Shown here one piece after another: positions 18,825 through 27,763 of a stretch of 64,000 nucleotides of DNA (the first letter of the stretch is position 1; every line of letters starts with the position of its first letter). The DNA is from an uncultured Rhodospirillales bacterium. Its GTDB lineage: Bacteria; Pseudomonadota; Alphaproteobacteria; Rhodospirillales; UBA2165. The stretch is from positions 8,868 through 72,867 of the forward strand of contig CAJQSN010000010.1 of assembly GCA_905614355.1 (NCBI GenBank), in the 5' to 3' direction. The translations under genes and the position numbers were made by a program. The notes under the pieces are model-generated. The model searched no databases. It saw only the letters and a program-made list of their open reading frames with translations, and was not told the origin of the DNA.

Positions 18825-19973
18825 TTAACCCAACATCCCCAATTTCTTGGAGATAATTTCGAGCATTATTTCATCAGTTCCACCGCCAATGGAAAAAACC
18901 TGGCAATCACGGTGGAAACGCGTTATCGGATTTTCATTCATGAATCCCATGCCGCCGTAATAGTGTAGGCATGCGTCCGCCACGACCCGGGACAGGCGGC
19001 CGGATTTTAATTTTGCCATGGAGGCCAATACAGTGGCATCGTTGCCTTCGCCTTGTTCCATCGCAGCGCGATAGAGCAGTGATCGCAGCATCTCTACCTC
19101 CGTCTGCAGCTCGGCCAGTCGAAACCGCACGACCTGATTATCGATTACACGCCGTCCAAAAGCTTGACGGGAGCTCGTATATTCAATGACATCGGCGATC
19201 GCCTTTTCCATTGGACGAAGTGTAACCGCCGCCGCCACCATGCGCTCTTCTTGAAATTGCTCCATCTGATAGACAAAGCCTTTTCCTTCTTCGCCGATGC
19301 GATTCCGCACCGGCACACGCACACCATCAAAGAAAATCTGCGCCGTATCCGATGACCGCAGGCCAAGTTTGTCCAGTTTGCGCGCAATAGTGACGCCGGG
19401 AGTGTCGAGTGGAAGGCAAATGAGGGATTTGGTTTTGTGCGTTGGTCCTTCGCTCGTATTGACCAACACGCACATCCAGTCGGCTTGAGTACCGTTGGTA
19501 ATCCACATTTTGCCCCCATCGATGACATAGTCATCACCCTCCCTGCGGGCAGTCGTTTTTATCTGGCTGACGTCAGATCCGGCGTTCGGTTCCGAAACTC
19601 CGATGCAGGCGACATAGTCACCACTTATCGACGGGCGCAGGAATTCTTCGCATAATTCTGGAGATCCATGGGCGGCCAACGCTGGCGTCGCCATCGACAC
19701 CTGGACACCAACGGCTATGGTAATGCCGACGCAATCGACCTCACCCAATGCCTCAAAAAATGCCAGTGTGTAACTGAATGGTAACTCAGAGCCGCCATAG
19801 GATTCAGGTTTATCAATACCCAGAAAACCAGCATCTGCGAGTTTCTTAAAAACGTCATGCGCCGGAAAGATTTCTTCCTCTTCCCACTTATCGACGAAAG
19901 GATTGATCTCAGTCGCAATGAGCTTTTCTGTAGATTGTATGATTGCTAAATGTTCCTCGGTATAAAGATTCAT
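18825..19973 (-). CDS. acyl-CoA dehydrogenase (AtuD/LiuA type)
   Basis: ACAD motifs (GVSEPNAGSD, YYGGMGFMNENPITRFHRD, IGGGTDEIM). The ATG at 19973 (MNLYTEEH) overlaps the upstream stop as ATGA. The track start at 20042 would overlap the upstream gene by 73 nt. Confidence 0.9.
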   Translation of the reverse strand: MNLYTEEHLAIIQSTEKLIATEINPFVDKWEEEEIFPAHDVFKKLADAGFLGIDKPESYGGSELPFSYTLAFFEALGEVDCVGITIAVGVQVSMATPALAAHGSPELCEEFLRPSISGDYVACIGVSEPNAGSDVSQIKTTARREGDDYVIDGGKMWITNGTQADWMCVLVNTSEGPTHKTKSLICLPLDTPGVTIARKLDKLGLRSSDTAQIFFDGVRVPVRNRIGEEGKGFVYQMEQFQEERMVAAAVTLRPMEKAIADVIEYTSSRQAFGRRVIDNQVVRFRLAELQTEVEMLRSLLYRAAMEQGEGNDATVLASMAKLKSGRLSRVVADACLHYYGGMGFMNENPITRFHRDCQVFSIGGGTDEIMLEIISKKLGMLG

Positions 19974-21583
19974 AGCCGACCTACTCCAAATGTGTTCGAA
20001 TTGAGAGGTGCGCGATCCTTTTCCAGGCAAGTTGCGAGACAAAAAGCAAGAACCTTGCGCGAATCGCGGGGATCGATAATGCCATCGTCGAACAGGCGCG
20101 CAGATGTGTAAAGTGCCGCAGATTCTCGTTCGAACTGATCAATTAGTTTTTGTTCTGAGGCCTCCAATGCCTTTTTGTCGATGGGCAAACCTTTCCGCGT
20201 GGCTTTTTCTTCAGCTAAGATTGTCATGATTTGGGCAGCCTGTTCTCCCCCCATGGTGGCCACCCGATTGTTCGGCCAGGAAAAAATAAAACGCGGATCA
20301 AACGCTCGCCCACACATGCCATAATTACCGGCGCCGAAACTTGCCCCTATTTGAAGGGTGATTTGCGGTACGGTAGCATTGGAGACCGCCTGGATCATCT
20401 TTGCTCCATGCTTGACGATACCGCGTCGTTCAGCGTCCGTACCCACCATGAAACCAGTAATGTTATGCAAATAGATGATGGGAGTGTTCGCTTGGCACAT
20501 TAATTGGATGAACTGCCCTCCCTTGGCTGCACCCTCAGCAGTGATGGGACCATTGTTGCCTATTACGGCGACAGGAATACCTTCTATCGCACCTTGTCCA
20601 CAGACCGTGGCGGCTCCAATATTAGCTTTGAATTCGTGGAATTCGGAATCATCTAGCAGCCGGGCAAGAACTTCGCGTACGTCATAGGCTTGCCGGAAAT
20701 TTACGGGTACTACGCCTGCAAGTTCATCGTGGGAATAACGTGGTTCGCGAAAATTTCGGTTCGGCAGTCGGCGATCACCCCAGTCGAGGGCGGCAAGTAT
20801 ACGGCGAGCGCAGTCGATTGCTTCTTGGTCATTCTCCACCATATAATCGGAAACGCCGGAGACGGTCGAATGGAGCTCGGCACCCCCCAGTTCTTCGTCG
20901 GTTGCTATTTCTCCCGTCGCTGCTTTTAGCAGTGGCGGCCCTGCCAAAAAAACTTTGGCGCGATTGCGTACCATAATAACGTAGTCAGACAGTCCTGGCA
21001 GGTAGGCGCCGCCAGCGGTCGAAGATCCATGAACCACGCTGATTTGCGGCAATCCGGCGGCGGAAAGCATGGATAGATTCTTGAACAACTCCCCGCCCAG
21101 CGAAAATGACTCGAACTGATAGAGCAGATGTCCGCCTCCGGACTCAATCAAATAGACCACAGGGAGGTTGTTTTCCATCGCAATCTGCTGGGCACGAATC
21201 GTCTTGCGTACGCCTATTGGTACCAATACGCCGCCCTTAATGCCGCTATCATGAGCAATTACAACACAACGGATTCCACTTACGAAACCGAGGCCCGTTA
21301 TAACGCACCCACCATTTACCTGATCGACGCCATCGTCATCAAACATGCCAAGTCCGGCAAGCGTAGACAGCTCCAAAAAAGGGCTACCTGGATCCAGTAA
21401 GTACTGAACTCTTTCCCGCGGAAGAATTTGGCCGCGTTGTTCAAATCGAGGCCGCATTGATGCCGAATTAGCCTGCACCTTCTCCTCTAGGGAGCGAACG
21501 TATTCCAATAGCGCGATCATCTCATCGCGGTTATTCGCATAGAGTTTGTTGCCGGTACTGATTTGAGACGTTAAAATTGTCAA
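19970..21583 (-). CDS. acyl-CoA carboxylase beta subunit (carboxyltransferase; AtuC/LiuB type)
   Basis: 537 aa. RFEQRGQILPRERVQYLLDPGSPFLELSTLAG and two carboxyltransferase halves, as in methylcrotonyl-/geranyl-CoA carboxylase beta subunits. Confidence 0.9.
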   Translation of the reverse strand: MTILTSQISTGNKLYANNRDEMIALLEYVRSLEEKVQANSASMRPRFEQRGQILPRERVQYLLDPGSPFLELSTLAGLGMFDDDGVDQVNGGCVITGLGFVSGIRCVVIAHDSGIKGGVLVPIGVRKTIRAQQIAMENNLPVVYLIESGGGHLLYQFESFSLGGELFKNLSMLSAAGLPQISVVHGSSTAGGAYLPGLSDYVIMVRNRAKVFLAGPPLLKAATGEIATDEELGGAELHSTVSGVSDYMVENDQEAIDCARRILAALDWGDRRLPNRNFREPRYSHDELAGVVPVNFRQAYDVREVLARLLDDSEFHEFKANIGAATVCGQGAIEGIPVAVIGNNGPITAEGAAKGGQFIQLMCQANTPIIYLHNITGFMVGTDAERRGIVKHGAKMIQAVSNATVPQITLQIGASFGAGNYGMCGRAFDPRFIFSWPNNRVATMGGEQAAQIMTILAEEKATRKGLPIDKKALEASEQKLIDQFERESAALYTSARLFDDGIIDPRDSRKVLAFCLATCLEKDRAPLNSNTFGVGRL

Positions 21584-21846
21584 TTCTTGCTGCCCAAAAT
21601 TTAAATGTTTCCGATGACAATCGCCGCATCTTTAGGCCTTGCCATTTAGCATTCAAAGTAAATTAATAAGTTAAATTCAATAGTTAATGAGCTTATTTCA
21701 TCTTTTTTTTAAGATCAAGTATTATTTATTTTCCTGTATTACAGCCAATTTTTATCGGTTGTAGAAAAATGTATTCCAGAATATGGCAATAAGGATTTTT
21801 TAATATAGGTTATTTTTTTACTAACGAATATGGCTCATTATTTTTG

Positions 21847-21876
21847 TTGACTCTCACATGTGGGTAAGCATATAGC
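21847..21876 (+). promoter_or_regulatory. candidate sigma70-type promoter for the SDR-TetR-ligase unit
   Basis: TTGACT (21847-21852), 18-nt spacer, TATAGC (21871-21876), in a 417-bp AT-rich divergent intergenic region. By eye only. Confidence 0.25.
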
Positions 21877-21923
21877 ATTTAGACGATTATTTTTACCAGC
21901 TGATACTTTAAATGCTTAATTTG

Positions 21924-21951
21924 CCGAAATTGAAAGAAATTTAAATTTCGG
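21924..21951. promoter_or_regulatory. nested palindromes, candidate TetR-family operator
   Basis: Perfect 14-bp palindrome GAAATTTAAATTTC (21936-21949) inside the inverted repeat CCGAAATT...AATTTCGG (21924-21931 / 21944-21951), ~65 bp upstream of the SDR start. Confidence 0.3.
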
Positions 21952-22015
21952 AAAATTAGGAAAACTCTGGGTAACAAGGCTAGGCGATATAATAAAATAG
22001 ATGGGAGAAGTGAGA

Positions 22016-22870
22016 ATGGAGAGTGAAATTCTCGAATTTGGAATGGACGACAAAGAACTCGAAAGCCACCCGACAATTTATCGGCCGGATTTTCTTGTTG
22101 GCAAAGTAGCTGTAATTTCAGGCGGCGGAAGCGGTATAGGGCGCGCTGCAGCATGGTTGTTTGCTCGACTTGGCGCTCGGGTCGTCATATGCGGGCGAAA
22201 ATTAGAAAAATTGAAATCCGTTGCGGCCAGCTTGAAAAAAGTGGGGCTCGAAGCACAACCTATCGTTTGCAATATCCGCGATGACGAAAGCATCGAAGCG
22301 ATGTTCTCAAAAGTCGAAAACTTATTTGGTGGTTGCGACATTTTGGTTAATAGTGCGGGCGGCCAGTATCCTCAGCCAGCGATTGACTTCACTATTAAGG
22401 GCTGGAACGCCGTTATTGAAACCAACTTAACGGGTACATGGCTGATGATGCAGACAGCAGCTAGATATTGGCGTAAATCAAGTCGACCCGGTTCAATCGT
22501 CAATATTGTGACAGTTGTTGAAAGAGGTCAGCCGGGTATCGCCCATTCTTGTGCAGCCCGGGCTGGCGTCATCGCCCTTAGCAAAACGGTCGCCATCGAA
22601 TGGGCACCCGATAAAATTCGAGTTAATTGCATTGGACCAGGCCCCATTGATACCGAAGGCCAGCGGGTATACACCGAAGAAACCCGCAACCGATCAGCCA
22701 GGTCTAATCCGATGATGCGTTTCGGTGATTCTTTCGATATCGCTGAAGCAATTATTTTTCTGGCTGCAGAATCCGGAAAATTTATTACGGGGGAAAATCT
22801 AATCATTGATGGTGGCAGTCAGTTATGGGGTGAATTTTGGGTCGGGGAAAAGCCAGAGTATTTTAAGTGA
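22016..22870 (+). CDS. short-chain dehydrogenase/reductase (AtuB/AtuG-like position)
   Basis: Rossmann motif ISGGGSGIGRA, NSAG, and a catalytic-region pattern. The ATG at 22016 is preceded by GGGAGAAG; the track start at 22001 is also possible. Confidence 0.85.
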   Translation: MESEILEFGMDDKELESHPTIYRPDFLVGKVAVISGGGSGIGRAAAWLFARLGARVVICGRKLEKLKSVAASLKKVGLEAQPIVCNIRDDESIEAMFSKVENLFGGCDILVNSAGGQYPQPAIDFTIKGWNAVIETNLTGTWLMMQTAARYWRKSSRPGSIVNIVTVVERGQPGIAHSCAARAGVIALSKTVAIEWAPDKIRVNCIGPGPIDTEGQRVYTEETRNRSARSNPMMRFGDSFDIAEAIIFLAAESGKFITGENLIIDGGSQLWGEFWVGEKPEYFK

Positions 22871-22933
22871 TTTTAGCTGAAAAAAGTTTTCATCTCGGCA
22901 CCCGAGTCTAACATCGTCGCAAGGATAGGAAAT

Positions 22934-23671
22934 ATGAACAAAGCAATAACAACAACTCGGCGTAGGGCAAAGCGTTTATCGCCGGAACAGCGCACGAGTG
23001 ACATTGAAAAAGCCGCCCGTCAGATATTTTCTGAACGTGATTATGACGATGTTTCCATAGCCGAGATCGCTGCAGAAGCCAATGTTGCCGAAGGTACCAT
23101 TTACAAATATTTCGAAAATAAACGAGATCTAATGATAAAGGTGCTTGAACATTGGTACCAATCAATGATTAGCGACTATATTGAGCATGTTGATGCAATC
23201 CAAGGTGCCCAAAACAAGATCCGCTACATTATTTGGCGCCATTTGAAATCATTGAAAGAAAACGCTGATCTGTGTCGTTTATCGTATAGCGGTTTAAAAA
23301 ATACCGCTGAATATTTTGATAGCTCGATCTACGAATACAATCGAGAATATACAAAAGTTTTTGTTGACGCATGCCGCGAAGGAATAGCATCCGGCGAGCT
23401 GCGCCAGGATCTGCCTATTCCGTTACTACGCGACTTAGTGTTTGGCGGAGTTGATCACATTATCGTCGGATTCTTGTTTAACCAAAGGGATTTCGACGTC
23501 AATACCTCCACCGAACAAATCGTAGGTCTTTTGTTCAAGGGTATTGAGACGCGGGCCGATTTAGAGACTAAGAAGGTGGAATCACTTGAACAATTATCGG
23601 ACTTAGCTGAACGATTTCAAAAATTACTCGATCGCGCCGATCAACTTAGTGGCGTCGATTCAGGAAGATAG
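22934..23671 (+). CDS. TetR family transcriptional regulator
   Basis: N-terminal HTH: VSIAEIAAEANVAEGTIYKYFENKRDL. Confidence 0.85.
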   Translation: MNKAITTTRRRAKRLSPEQRTSDIEKAARQIFSERDYDDVSIAEIAAEANVAEGTIYKYFENKRDLMIKVLEHWYQSMISDYIEHVDAIQGAQNKIRYIIWRHLKSLKENADLCRLSYSGLKNTAEYFDSSIYEYNREYTKVFVDACREGIASGELRQDLPIPLLRDLVFGGVDHIIVGFLFNQRDFDVNTSTEQIVGLLFKGIETRADLETKKVESLEQLSDLAERFQKLLDRADQLSGVDSGR

Positions 23672-23712
23672 AAACTTAAACGGTATCTAAATTTATTGCG
23701 AAAGGCATTGTA

Positions 23713-25572
23713 ATGACAGAAATGCGCGATGTTCGGCTTGGGCAACGTGGAGACACAATAGAATATAATGATGATGGATCGATCATTCTCAGTTCACCAG
23801 AATTGCTAAAACCCTATGCACGCAATTACTCGGAACGTCTCAAATACTGGGCCGACGAAAAGCCGGATGCAACTTTTCTGGGCCAGCGCAATCCCGATGA
23901 TGACGGCTGGATGACATTAACCTATGGCGATGCGTACAAATCAATTTTACACATCAGTCAGGGGCTCCTCAATCGGGGCCTCTCTCAGGTGAAACCACTA
24001 ATAATTCTTTCGGGTAACGACTTCGAACATGCTTTGATGGGACTTTCAGCACTGTTTGTGGGGGTGCCATATGCGCCGTTATCGGTGGGCTACTCTCTCT
24101 TGTCCAAGGATTTCGCAAAACTTCGTCATTGTTTTGAATTGATTGATCCAGGTCTAGTTTATGTTTCAGATGGTGCTCTTTTTCAGCGTGCTATTGAATC
24201 AATTGTTCCCAGTGATGTCGAAGTAGTGGTCGGTCGAAATCCCTTGCCTGAACGGAACATGGCAACTTTTGAGCAACTCAAGGCCACAAAGCCGACCGAT
24301 GCAGTCTATGAAGCAGCCGGAGCTGTTACTGGAGACACGGTGGGTCGCCTTCTTTTTACGTCAGGCTCAACGTCGATGCCCAAAGGCACGATAAATACGC
24401 ATAGAGTTCTGTGCGCAAACCAGCAAATGATAGCTCAATCGCTTCCTTTTTTAGTCGATTCGCCACCAATTATGTGTGACTGGCTTCCCTGGAATCATAC
24501 GTTTGGCGGCAACCATATGTTTGGAACTATTTTATACGGCGGCGGATCTATGTTTATCGATAATGGTCTTCCGGTTCCAGGGGGAATTGAGAAATCTGTG
24601 CGCAACCTCTCCGAAGTTAGACCCACTTTTATTGCCAATATACCGAAGGCGCTTGAGTTAATTTTGCCTTTCCTCGAAAAAGAAGAGGGTTTTAGAAACA
24701 ATTTTTTTAGTCGATTAAACGGAATTTTTTATACGGCCGCTAGTTTACCAGAGGCAGTATTTAAGGCTTACCGAAATCTCTCAGAAATAACAATTGGAAA
24801 ACGTATTTTTACGGTATCAGCATTGGGGGCAACTGAAACGGGGCCAGCGGTAACGATTTGCAACTGGGATACGCCGCAACTGGGTGCCATCGGACTTCCC
24901 ATACCCGGAGTCAAAGCCAAATTAATCCCAAATCGAGGAAAGCTGGAAATCAGAGTAAAAAGTCCGTCGATAATTCCTGGATATTGGAAACAACCGGAAA
25001 AGACAGCGGAAGCCTTTGACGAGGATGGATGGTATAAAATGGGTGATGCTGTTTGCTTTATCGATTCTGATAATCCTTCCGAAGGCCTATTGTTTGATGG
25101 CCGGGTTGTTGAGGATTTCAAATTGTCGACAGGCACCTGGGTTAACGTTGCTTTATTAAGGATTTCCGCAACGGATATTTTTGCTTCCTTGATTAGTCAA
25201 GTCTTAGTTTGTGGCCATAGTCGAGATGAGATTGGGCTGGTCGTATTTCCGGATTTTGAATATTGCCGGCAACTTGCAAAACTACCTCAAGAGGCCTCGG
25301 TAAACGAGATTTTGTCAGCAAAAATGATACAAACATCCTTTCAACAACGCCTTGATTTGATATGTGCTCAAGGCACCGGCAGCTCTAACCGTATTGCTCG
25401 AATAATTCTCACTGATAAACCACCTTCCGATATTGAAGTTACCGATAAAAACACACTCAGCACAAATGTTGCGCTGGAATGTCGCGCTGAAGAAATTGAG
25501 CGACTTTATAGTGGCGAAAAATTAGAATTTGTTTTTAACGCTAAGCGCGACATGGTCCGAGAAAGGCAATAA
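23713..25572 (+). CDS. AMP-dependent synthetase/ligase (acyl-CoA synthetase, AtuH-like position)
   Basis: AMP-binding motif LLFTSGSTSMPKG, GATETGP, and WYKMGD in the C-terminal subdomain. Confidence 0.8.
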   Translation: MTEMRDVRLGQRGDTIEYNDDGSIILSSPELLKPYARNYSERLKYWADEKPDATFLGQRNPDDDGWMTLTYGDAYKSILHISQGLLNRGLSQVKPLIILSGNDFEHALMGLSALFVGVPYAPLSVGYSLLSKDFAKLRHCFELIDPGLVYVSDGALFQRAIESIVPSDVEVVVGRNPLPERNMATFEQLKATKPTDAVYEAAGAVTGDTVGRLLFTSGSTSMPKGTINTHRVLCANQQMIAQSLPFLVDSPPIMCDWLPWNHTFGGNHMFGTILYGGGSMFIDNGLPVPGGIEKSVRNLSEVRPTFIANIPKALELILPFLEKEEGFRNNFFSRLNGIFYTAASLPEAVFKAYRNLSEITIGKRIFTVSALGATETGPAVTICNWDTPQLGAIGLPIPGVKAKLIPNRGKLEIRVKSPSIIPGYWKQPEKTAEAFDEDGWYKMGDAVCFIDSDNPSEGLLFDGRVVEDFKLSTGTWVNVALLRISATDIFASLISQVLVCGHSRDEIGLVVFPDFEYCRQLAKLPQEASVNEILSAKMIQTSFQQRLDLICAQGTGSSNRIARIILTDKPPSDIEVTDKNTLSTNVALECRAEEIERLYSGEKLEFVFNAKRDMVRERQ

Positions 25573-25576
25573 AAAA

Positions 25577-25606
25577 GGTGCTGTCAGACAAATGCGAACT
25601 CGTCTC
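25577..25606 (-). mobile_element. solo IS6-family IRR (30 nt)
   Basis: GGTGCTGTCAGACAAATGCGAACTCGTCTC, identical to 13183-13212. It begins 4 nt after the ligase stop codon. Confidence 0.6.
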
Positions 25607-25619
25607 TGTATGGCACGGG

Positions 25620-25818
25620 GGTGCTGTCAGACGAATGCGAACTCGTCTCAGAGTATCATAAATACGGTGGTTTTATGCAGCACAAAGTTGCTGCCACTCA
25701 ACAAGAGCAACGGTTTGAACGACGCCGAAGGCTGAATACCTTTGCACAGATGCGGCAAGAGACCCTGATATGATTGAGTGGGCGCATGGTCGGGCGATAA
25801 AATAGATGGAAAAATAAG
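25620..25818 (-). mobile_element. IS6-family right-end remnant (IRR + degenerate, internally deleted transposase 3' part)
   Basis: GGTGCTGTCAGACGAATGCGAACTCGTCTC is followed by the reverse complement of ...ASV..VVQTVALVEWQQLCAA*. Shorter than the intact copy. Confidence 0.6.
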
Positions 25819-25956
25819 GGCACTGTCAGAGGAAAACCCACTTTGACGTCGATCGACTAAATCCATAGAGTTTGTGGATGAAAAATCCCAATCCCTTCCG
25901 CTATTTTAAAACATCACCGGAGATTATCCGCATTGCCGTTATGATGTATGTCAGGT
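25819..25956 (+). mobile_element. IS6-family left-end fragment (IRL + ~26 transposase codons)
   Basis: GGCACTGTCAGAGGAAAACCC, then ATG at 25878 encoding MKNPNPFRYFKTSPEIIRIAVMMYVR. Similarity to the intact copy stops there. Confidence 0.7.
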
Positions 25957-26065
25957 TGCGACAAATTACTTCTAAGTTCGCCCCCGGTTCGTCCCAAGGA
26001 CCATCTTGAAGAAGTCCCATAAAACCACCTCGTTTTAAATAATTGAATATTTCAGAAAGACTATT

Positions 26066-26473
26066 TTAACGACGTTTATCTAAAGAGTAACTGCCACCAC
26101 CATTCGCAACCAGAACAAGAAATCCACCCACGATCGCGATATTTTTCATGAACATTCCCATTTGTATTTGATTTGAAAAATCAGCATGAAAAAGGATCGC
26201 TGACAAAAGACAAAATCCAGCGAGTAAGAATGCAAATATTCGTGTTTTCCAGCCAACTATAACAGCCATTCCGCCAAATATTTCCAATGCAATAACAATA
26301 GGTAGCAAGTCCCCAGGAACACCCGCTGAATTCATGAAACCTACCGTGTTCTCATAACTACTAATCTTGTTCAAACCAGCCATAAAAAAGATACCCGCAA
26401 TGAAAATACGTCCAATTGGCGCCATCAAACTATTGAATTTTGATACATAAGAAATTGATTCAATATTGGTCAT
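26066..26473 (-). CDS. DoxX family membrane protein
   Basis: 135 aa with 4 predicted TM segments. GRIFIAGIFFMAGLNKI and LEIFGGMAVIVGWKTR are typical of DoxX. Confidence 0.8.
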   Translation of the reverse strand: MTNIESISYVSKFNSLMAPIGRIFIAGIFFMAGLNKISSYENTVGFMNSAGVPGDLLPIVIALEIFGGMAVIVGWKTRIFAFLLAGFCLLSAILFHADFSNQIQMGMFMKNIAIVGGFLVLVANGGGSYSLDKRR

Positions 26474-26520
26474 GTTTATCCAAACCTTTATATATACTTG
26501 TTAAACCCACCTCTGATTTC

Positions 26521-26558
26521 CAGGTACCGTCGTTGAAATCTGCGAACGACGGTACCTG
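26521..26558. other. perfect 14-bp stem / 10-nt loop hairpin between the small ORF and doxX
   Basis: caggtaccgtcgtt (26521-26534) pairs with aacgacggtacctg (26545-26558). A T-rich tail occurs only on the plus strand (tttggtgattattt). Function unclear: attenuator, processing site or REP-like element. Confidence 0.4.
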
Positions 26559-26566
26559 TTTGGTGA

Positions 26567-26698
26567 TTATTTGTTAGACTTTTCTTCTTGGTATTCGATT
26601 TTCTTTTTCTGATAATCTTCCTCACTTAATGCATGCCATCCAACACAATATCCTGAAGGAGAACGTCCACAGCCACACTTAGGTTTATCATCTTTCAT
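26567..26698 (-). CDS. small Cys-containing protein (43 aa), not in the ORF track
   Basis: Hand translation: MKDDKPKCGCGRSPSGYCVGWHALSEEDYQKKKIEYQEEKSNK. Preceded by AAAGGAAAGAGAAAA. Lies upstream of doxX on the same strand and divergent from lysR. Confidence 0.5.
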   Translation of the reverse strand: MKDDKPKCGCGRSPSGYCVGWHALSEEDYQKKKIEYQEEKSNK

Positions 26699-26753
26699 TT
26701 TTCTCTTTCCTTTATTTCAATGAAGAAATAGGTAGTATACTATTAATTTTAAG

Positions 26754-26766
26754 ATGATAATATCAT
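26754..26766. promoter_or_regulatory. candidate LysR box (T-N11-A dyad)
   Basis: ATGATA-A-TATCAT is a perfect 6-1-6 palindrome 38 bp upstream of the LysR start, in the divergent intergenic region. Confidence 0.3.
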
Positions 26767-26803
26767 ATTTAGTTATAATTTATTTAACTACAGGTTATTA
26801 ATC

Positions 26804-27691
26804 ATGATATATGATACTGGCTTTGAGATGATGCTTGAGGTCGCGAAGTATAAAAGTTTTACAAAAGCTGCGCATACCCTTGGTGTATCTGGAGCCGCGG
26901 TAAGTAAGCAGGTCAAGTCCCTAGAACATCGCCTAGGTCTAGTATTATTCCACAGGACTACACGAACAGTGTCGTTGACAGAGGCTGGCAACCAAATTGT
27001 TGAAGCACTCAGCCGCAGCAATGATGAAGTATCTGGTCTTTTAGAAAAACTCGCAGAGAGACAGGAGCGTCCTTCAGGCAAACTGAAAATTAACGCTCCG
27101 ATGGCATTCGGCGAGAGTTTTCTTGTGGGTCCAATTGCTGATTATGCTTGTCTTTACCCAGATGTGATTGTTGATGTTGAATTCAATGATGAACGAGTTC
27201 ATCTAGTTGAAGAAGGTTATGATTTAATTATACGCATAGGTACACTAGAAGACTCGGGTTTGATCGCCAAGCGACTTTGCGATTTTCCAACTCATTTATG
27301 CGCAAGCCCTGCGTTTCTTAAACAACACGGAGTACCACAAAAACCTGGTGATTTGCGCGGAATACCTGCTGTAATATACACAAAATCTTCTACTGGGCCA
27401 TTGTTGGAGTTACGTGATCCTCGCGGTGTCGAATATACAGTACCTCTGACACCTGCAATCTTTACGAACAGTATCGCTATGTTATTAGAGAGCGCTATAA
27501 AAGGTATAGGTTTCGCGCAATTGCCATCTGTTTTTTGCCATAAATATATCGAAGACGGCATACTAAAAACGTTATTACCAAAATATACGTCTATGCCTAA
27601 AAGAGGAATTTATATCATCTATCCAGATCGAAGGTATTTGCCAATGAAAGTCAGATCATTTATTGATCTCGTGGAAAAGCACCTTTCCTAG
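26804..27691 (+). CDS. LysR family transcriptional regulator
   Basis: HTH FTKAAHTLGVSGAAVSKQVKSLEHRLGLVLFHR plus a LysR substrate-binding domain of typical length (295 aa). Confidence 0.85.
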   Translation: MIYDTGFEMMLEVAKYKSFTKAAHTLGVSGAAVSKQVKSLEHRLGLVLFHRTTRTVSLTEAGNQIVEALSRSNDEVSGLLEKLAERQERPSGKLKINAPMAFGESFLVGPIADYACLYPDVIVDVEFNDERVHLVEEGYDLIIRIGTLEDSGLIAKRLCDFPTHLCASPAFLKQHGVPQKPGDLRGIPAVIYTKSSTGPLLELRDPRGVEYTVPLTPAIFTNSIAMLLESAIKGIGFAQLPSVFCHKYIEDGILKTLLPKYTSMPKRGIYIIYPDRRYLPMKVRSFIDLVEKHLS

Positions 27692-27763
27692 AAAATACTT
27701 TAACTTAATATCTAGATATTTTTTCATAAAACTATTCGGTTTGGAACTATTACCGTTAGAGGG

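Noticed and set aside
21879-22154. 91-aa minus-strand ORF in the atu-like control region
   Set aside because: It lies in AT-rich intergenic DNA and runs into the SDR gene start on the opposite strand. It has no ribosome-binding site and no recognisable motif.
25648-25866. 72-aa minus-strand ORF
   Set aside because: It spans the junction of two IS6 fragments in a frame unrelated to the transposase, so it is an artefact of IS debris.
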